Origin: Candidatus Jordarchaeales archaeon
GTDB lineage: Archaea; Asgardarchaeota; Jordiarchaeia; Jordiarchaeales; Freyrarchaeaceae
Direction: 5' to 3'
DNA: 32,000 nucleotides
Assembly (NCBI GenBank): GCA_038858525.1
Contig: JAWCFL010000012.1
Location: forward strand, 1 to 32,000
Shown piece after piece: positions 28,738 to 32,000 of this stretch. How positions within the stretch are numbered: position 1 is the stretch's first letter; the number at the start of each line of letters is the position of its first letter. The notes beneath the pieces are model-generated. The model saw nothing but the letters and a program-made list of their open reading frames with translations, was not told the DNA's origin and ran no database searches. The position numbers and the translations under genes were made by a program.

Positions 28738-29244
28738 ATGAAGACGCCAATATGCACCTTCTGCCTGAAAAGTGGAGTTTTATGCTCCCGATGTCAAGAG
28801 AAGATTGAGAAAGGCGAGGTTAGTGACCTTGACATAAAGGTAGCTAAGCATCTTGTTGAGCTTGAAGACCGCTTCTCCAGCCTCAAGGATGTGAAGTTCA
28901 TCAGGGCGGTTGAGTCTGACAATCTCGTCGTAATAGTTGTTGGAGAAGGCGACATACCAAACCTTGTTGGACCTAAGGGTCGCGTGATTAAGAGTTTAAG
29001 TGACGAGCTCGGCAGGAAAGTGCGTGTCATAGAGAAATCCTCCTCTTTGAAGAAGACCATAGAAGACATAATTTCTCCTGCCAGCCTTCTGGGGGTGAAC
29101 ACTGTCTGGCTGCCTGATGGGAGCAACGAGAAAAAGGTAAGGGTTCGCCAGTCTGAGAGCAAAAAGCTTCCAGCACCAACTCAGGTGCTGGAAAAGCTCA
29201 TCTATGACCTAACAGGGGAAAAGGTAAGGTTCGTTTTCGAGTAA
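28738..29244 (+). CDS. NusA-like KH-domain protein with an N-terminal Zn finger
   Basis: MKTPICTFCLKSGVLCSRC, LVGPKGRVIKSLSDELGRKVRVIE and GVNTVWLPDG. ATG at 28738. Confidence 0.85.
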   Translation: MKTPICTFCLKSGVLCSRCQEKIEKGEVSDLDIKVAKHLVELEDRFSSLKDVKFIRAVESDNLVVIVVGEGDIPNLVGPKGRVIKSLSDELGRKVRVIEKSSSLKKTIEDIISPASLLGVNTVWLPDGSNEKKVRVRQSESKKLPAPTQVLEKLIYDLTGEKVRFVFE

Positions 29245-29252
29245 GAAGAAAG

Positions 29253-30587
29253 TTAAGGTATTAGCCTGTCCCTATCTCTGGGGTAAAAAACGCATTCTCT
29301 TATGTTCTCCGCTCCCACTATCGCCATCATGAGCCTGTCTAGCCCCATCCCCCAGCCAGCATGGGGGGGCATCCCCCAATCAAAGGTTTTCAGGTGGAAC
29401 TCAAAGGAGGACGGTGACAGGCCCTGTTCCCTTAAACGCTTAACGAGCAGCTCTTTTTCGTGTATTCTTGTACCGCCGGAGGCGAGCTCAATCCACTCGT
29501 ACATCAAGTCAAATGCTTCACAGATCTCGGATTTGTCTTCCTTTGGCTTTATGTAGAATGGTTTCCCTTTAGTCGGCCACTCAGTTATAAAGTAAAATCC
29601 CTTGATGGTTTCTCCGAGCTCACGGTAAGCGGGGGTAGGTATGTCTTCCCCCCACGCAACCGGTATCCCCTTTTTCTCCAAGATTTCGAGTATCTCCGTG
29701 TAAGTGTACCTTGGGAATGGCGGCTTCTGTATTTCGATGTGCCTTTCGAGTATGCTTAGCTCTTCCTTGCACTCCTCAGTCACCTTAGTGAGAACGTGGT
29801 GTATTAATCTTTCTAGAAGAGCCATTACGTCCTCAGCGTCGGCGAATGCTGCCTCGACGTCTACCACGTAGACTTCGCTGAGGTGCCTAACCGTTCTACT
29901 CTCCTCAGCACGATAGCATGGCCCGATCTCGAAGACTTTTTCAAACACGCTTGAAAGTTGCTCCTTGTATAGCTGAGCTGACTGGCTCAGAAACGCCTCC
30001 CGCTCATAGTATGATATTGGGAAGAGCTCGGCGCCGCCCTCTGTGGCTGAAGCGATTATTTTTGGCGTCTGCACCTCCATGAAGCCCTCATCCAGCAGGA
30101 AGCTCCTTATAAATTTAATGACATTGTGCCTCAGCCTGAATATGGCGTTCACTTTCGGCCTCCTGAGGTCGAGCACCCTGTTGTCGAGCCTAGTGTCTAG
30201 GTTAGCATCCACTTTCCCTGTTGGGTCTAGTGGGAGGGGGGATACTGCGACGTTTAGGATGATGAGCTCTTCAGGTATTATCTCGGCTCCCCTTGGGGCG
30301 TTTTCCATGGCTTTAACAGTTCCTCGTACAGCAACCACGTATTCCTTGCCTAGATTCTTAGCCTTCTCATATAGCTCCCTGTTTTTCTTCGAAAAGGTCA
30401 CCTGAACGCTCCCCTCTCTATCCCTTAGGATCACAAACATGAGGCCGCCAAGGTTCCTTACGCGCTCAACCCACCCGCATACAATGACTTCTTCCCCGTT
30501 GAGTTCAGGAGATATATCCTTCGAGTAATGCGTCCTCTTAAGCTTAGATGAAGCACGTTGCAAGGCTATCACCTTACGCCCCTTCAA
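29253..30587 (-). CDS. aspS: Aspartate--tRNA ligase (archaeal type, probably non-discriminating)
   Basis: RTHYS..GWV..RNLGG, RLDNRVLDLR, TEGGAELF, LSQSAQLYKE and GMPPHAGWGMGLDR. Confidence 0.95.
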   Translation of the reverse strand: MKGRKVIALQRASSKLKRTHYSKDISPELNGEEVIVCGWVERVRNLGGLMFVILRDREGSVQVTFSKKNRELYEKAKNLGKEYVVAVRGTVKAMENAPRGAEIIPEELIILNVAVSPLPLDPTGKVDANLDTRLDNRVLDLRRPKVNAIFRLRHNVIKFIRSFLLDEGFMEVQTPKIIASATEGGAELFPISYYEREAFLSQSAQLYKEQLSSVFEKVFEIGPCYRAEESRTVRHLSEVYVVDVEAAFADAEDVMALLERLIHHVLTKVTEECKEELSILERHIEIQKPPFPRYTYTEILEILEKKGIPVAWGEDIPTPAYRELGETIKGFYFITEWPTKGKPFYIKPKEDKSEICEAFDLMYEWIELASGGTRIHEKELLVKRLREQGLSPSSFEFHLKTFDWGMPPHAGWGMGLDRLMMAIVGAENIRECVFYPRDRDRLIP

Positions 30588-30622
30588 AGGGGAAGTTTAA
30601 GTGGTGTTGAGACTTCCCAGTA

Positions 30623-31993
30623 TTAATATTTTGTTGGGTCTGTCTTCATTATCTCGCGCGCAAGGCACGTCGCGTAGCTTCCTTTTGGAAGGGAGAAGTG
30701 GAGGGACGCCGTGACCCCATCTAGATCTTTGTCCGCTGATACCCTCACCAGCCTCAGCATCGGCGGGTTTACTAGTGCCTGCCTGAAGTCGCCCCTTGCA
30801 GCAAGCTCTGGCATTGATTTCACTTTGAATGAGTCCAAGCTAAGTTCAAGCTCCAAGAGAACATGCTTAACTATTTCTTCCTGGATGGAGCCGGACGGCA
30901 GATTAGTGTCGTATCCTATAATGGGGAGAGCTAATGCCGCTTGTCCCCGCTCTATTAAAGAGTTGATCCTGTCAACATTTCCCTCGTCAACAAGCATCAC
31001 TGATTCGGGTAATCCGTTTTTCAGGGTTACTGCGAAGTCCCCTACGTTAACCCGGTTTAGTGGGAGGCCAAGCGTCCTTCTCTCGCTCAGAATGAGATTG
31101 AAAATATACGATTGAGCAGCATGGACAAACATTAAGGCTAGCCCTCTTGGTAGCCTCCTAAAGGCGCCCACAAAGTCATTTGGAAACTTCACTAAGTGGT
31201 TGAGCATAGCTCGCTCGTAAACCAAGTAATTGGGGAAACGCTTAAGCGCGCCCTTAAAATCCATCGTTTCAGTTAGGTAGCGCCTAGCCTCCTTAGCTTC
31301 CTCGCTCTCCATCGGGTAGACCTGTGAGAGGAACTCCATCGCCGCCTCCCTGAATTCCCCTTTAAGAAGCCTTAAGCCGACCATGTGCGTTACAGGCCGT
31401 GTGACGCCAAATCGCTGGTGCCCATAAAAGTTCGGTACTCCCCCCTCAGCCTTCAGCTCCTCAATCACCTTCAATATTCTTTCTTCAGCTCTCCAGACGG
31501 GTAGGCGGATCTCGCGCACGTTAACCCTGAAAAAGTTCCCCCAGAGGTCGCCGAGCTTAACTTCCTCAGCTGAACGCCACGCTCCCCGCACAACAACCCC
31601 TCTAATTTTCAGGGACATTATGGTTTCAGGCTCAACTTTCCAAGCGCTCATCCTCTGAACTGCAATCGCCCTCTTATCCTTAACTCCAGCGTAAGAAAAA
31701 CGCTTCCTGCTAACCCTCAGCGCCCTCGCCATCCTCCTTATCATCTCAAACGTGTCATATGTCCCATGGCGCTCAACAATGAAAACACAATAATCCCCCT
31801 CTCCCTCACGAGTACCCCAGTCAACCCCCCTTCGGAGGACTTCCCCCTCAGGAGTCACCTCCTCAACCACGAAGTCTTCCGGTTTAACTCTGAGGCGGCC
31901 ACCTACACCTGGCGTCTTCGTTATGAAGAAGCGCATCCCCAACTCGAACTCCAAATCCAATAAAGCATCCTCCATAATCTTCCATGAATCCAC
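30623..31993 (-). CDS. truD: tRNA pseudouridine(13) synthase
   Basis: PEDFVVEE, YAGVKDKRA, LGDLWGNFF, PNFYGHQRFG, HAAQSYIFN and FSLPKGSYAT. Confidence 0.95.
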   Translation of the reverse strand: MDSWKIMEDALLDLEFELGMRFFITKTPGVGGRLRVKPEDFVVEEVTPEGEVLRRGVDWGTREGEGDYCVFIVERHGTYDTFEMIRRMARALRVSRKRFSYAGVKDKRAIAVQRMSAWKVEPETIMSLKIRGVVVRGAWRSAEEVKLGDLWGNFFRVNVREIRLPVWRAEERILKVIEELKAEGGVPNFYGHQRFGVTRPVTHMVGLRLLKGEFREAAMEFLSQVYPMESEEAKEARRYLTETMDFKGALKRFPNYLVYERAMLNHLVKFPNDFVGAFRRLPRGLALMFVHAAQSYIFNLILSERRTLGLPLNRVNVGDFAVTLKNGLPESVMLVDEGNVDRINSLIERGQAALALPIIGYDTNLPSGSIQEEIVKHVLLELELSLDSFKVKSMPELAARGDFRQALVNPPMLRLVRVSADKDLDGVTASLHFSLPKGSYATCLAREIMKTDPTKY

Positions 31994-32000
31994 GGCTTTC

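Overview
Archaeal chromosomal window from a probable thermophilic Asgard archaeon (inferred from an ESCRT-III-like gene start, a roadblock protein, rpS26e, Rpo12 and a GC-rich archaeal 16S; the lineage is not established). Left part: housekeeping genes (trmY, TauE/SafE exporter, rps26e), then a stand-alone 16S rRNA gene with a canonical bulge-helix-bulge processing stem, flanked by two inversely oriented decayed tnpB elements (the right one an IS607-family element with tnpA). Middle and right: mostly translation, RNA-processing and metabolic genes (ard1/rimI, radical SAM enzymes, ADP-dependent sugar kinase, PAC2, tmk, map, beta-CASP nuclease, glyS, rpo12, class V aminotransferase, EF-1beta, cdhB, NusA-like, aspS, truD). 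Best leads: (i) an unannotated box C/D guide RNA at about 12450-12510 whose D guide pairs with this window's own 16S and predicts 2'-O-methylation of the C1402 equivalent; (ii) a four-gene operon of unknown function at 19.5-26.1 kb (longin-like plus coiled-coil protein, large helical Zn-finger protein, HEAT solenoid, TFIIB-type Zn ribbon plus wHTH); (iii) a sharp C/A to G/T strand-composition flip across the 16S gene; (iv) a bacterial/eukaryote-type A923:U1393 pair in an archaeal 16S; (v) a RuvC-III Asp-to-His variant shared by both TnpB copies.
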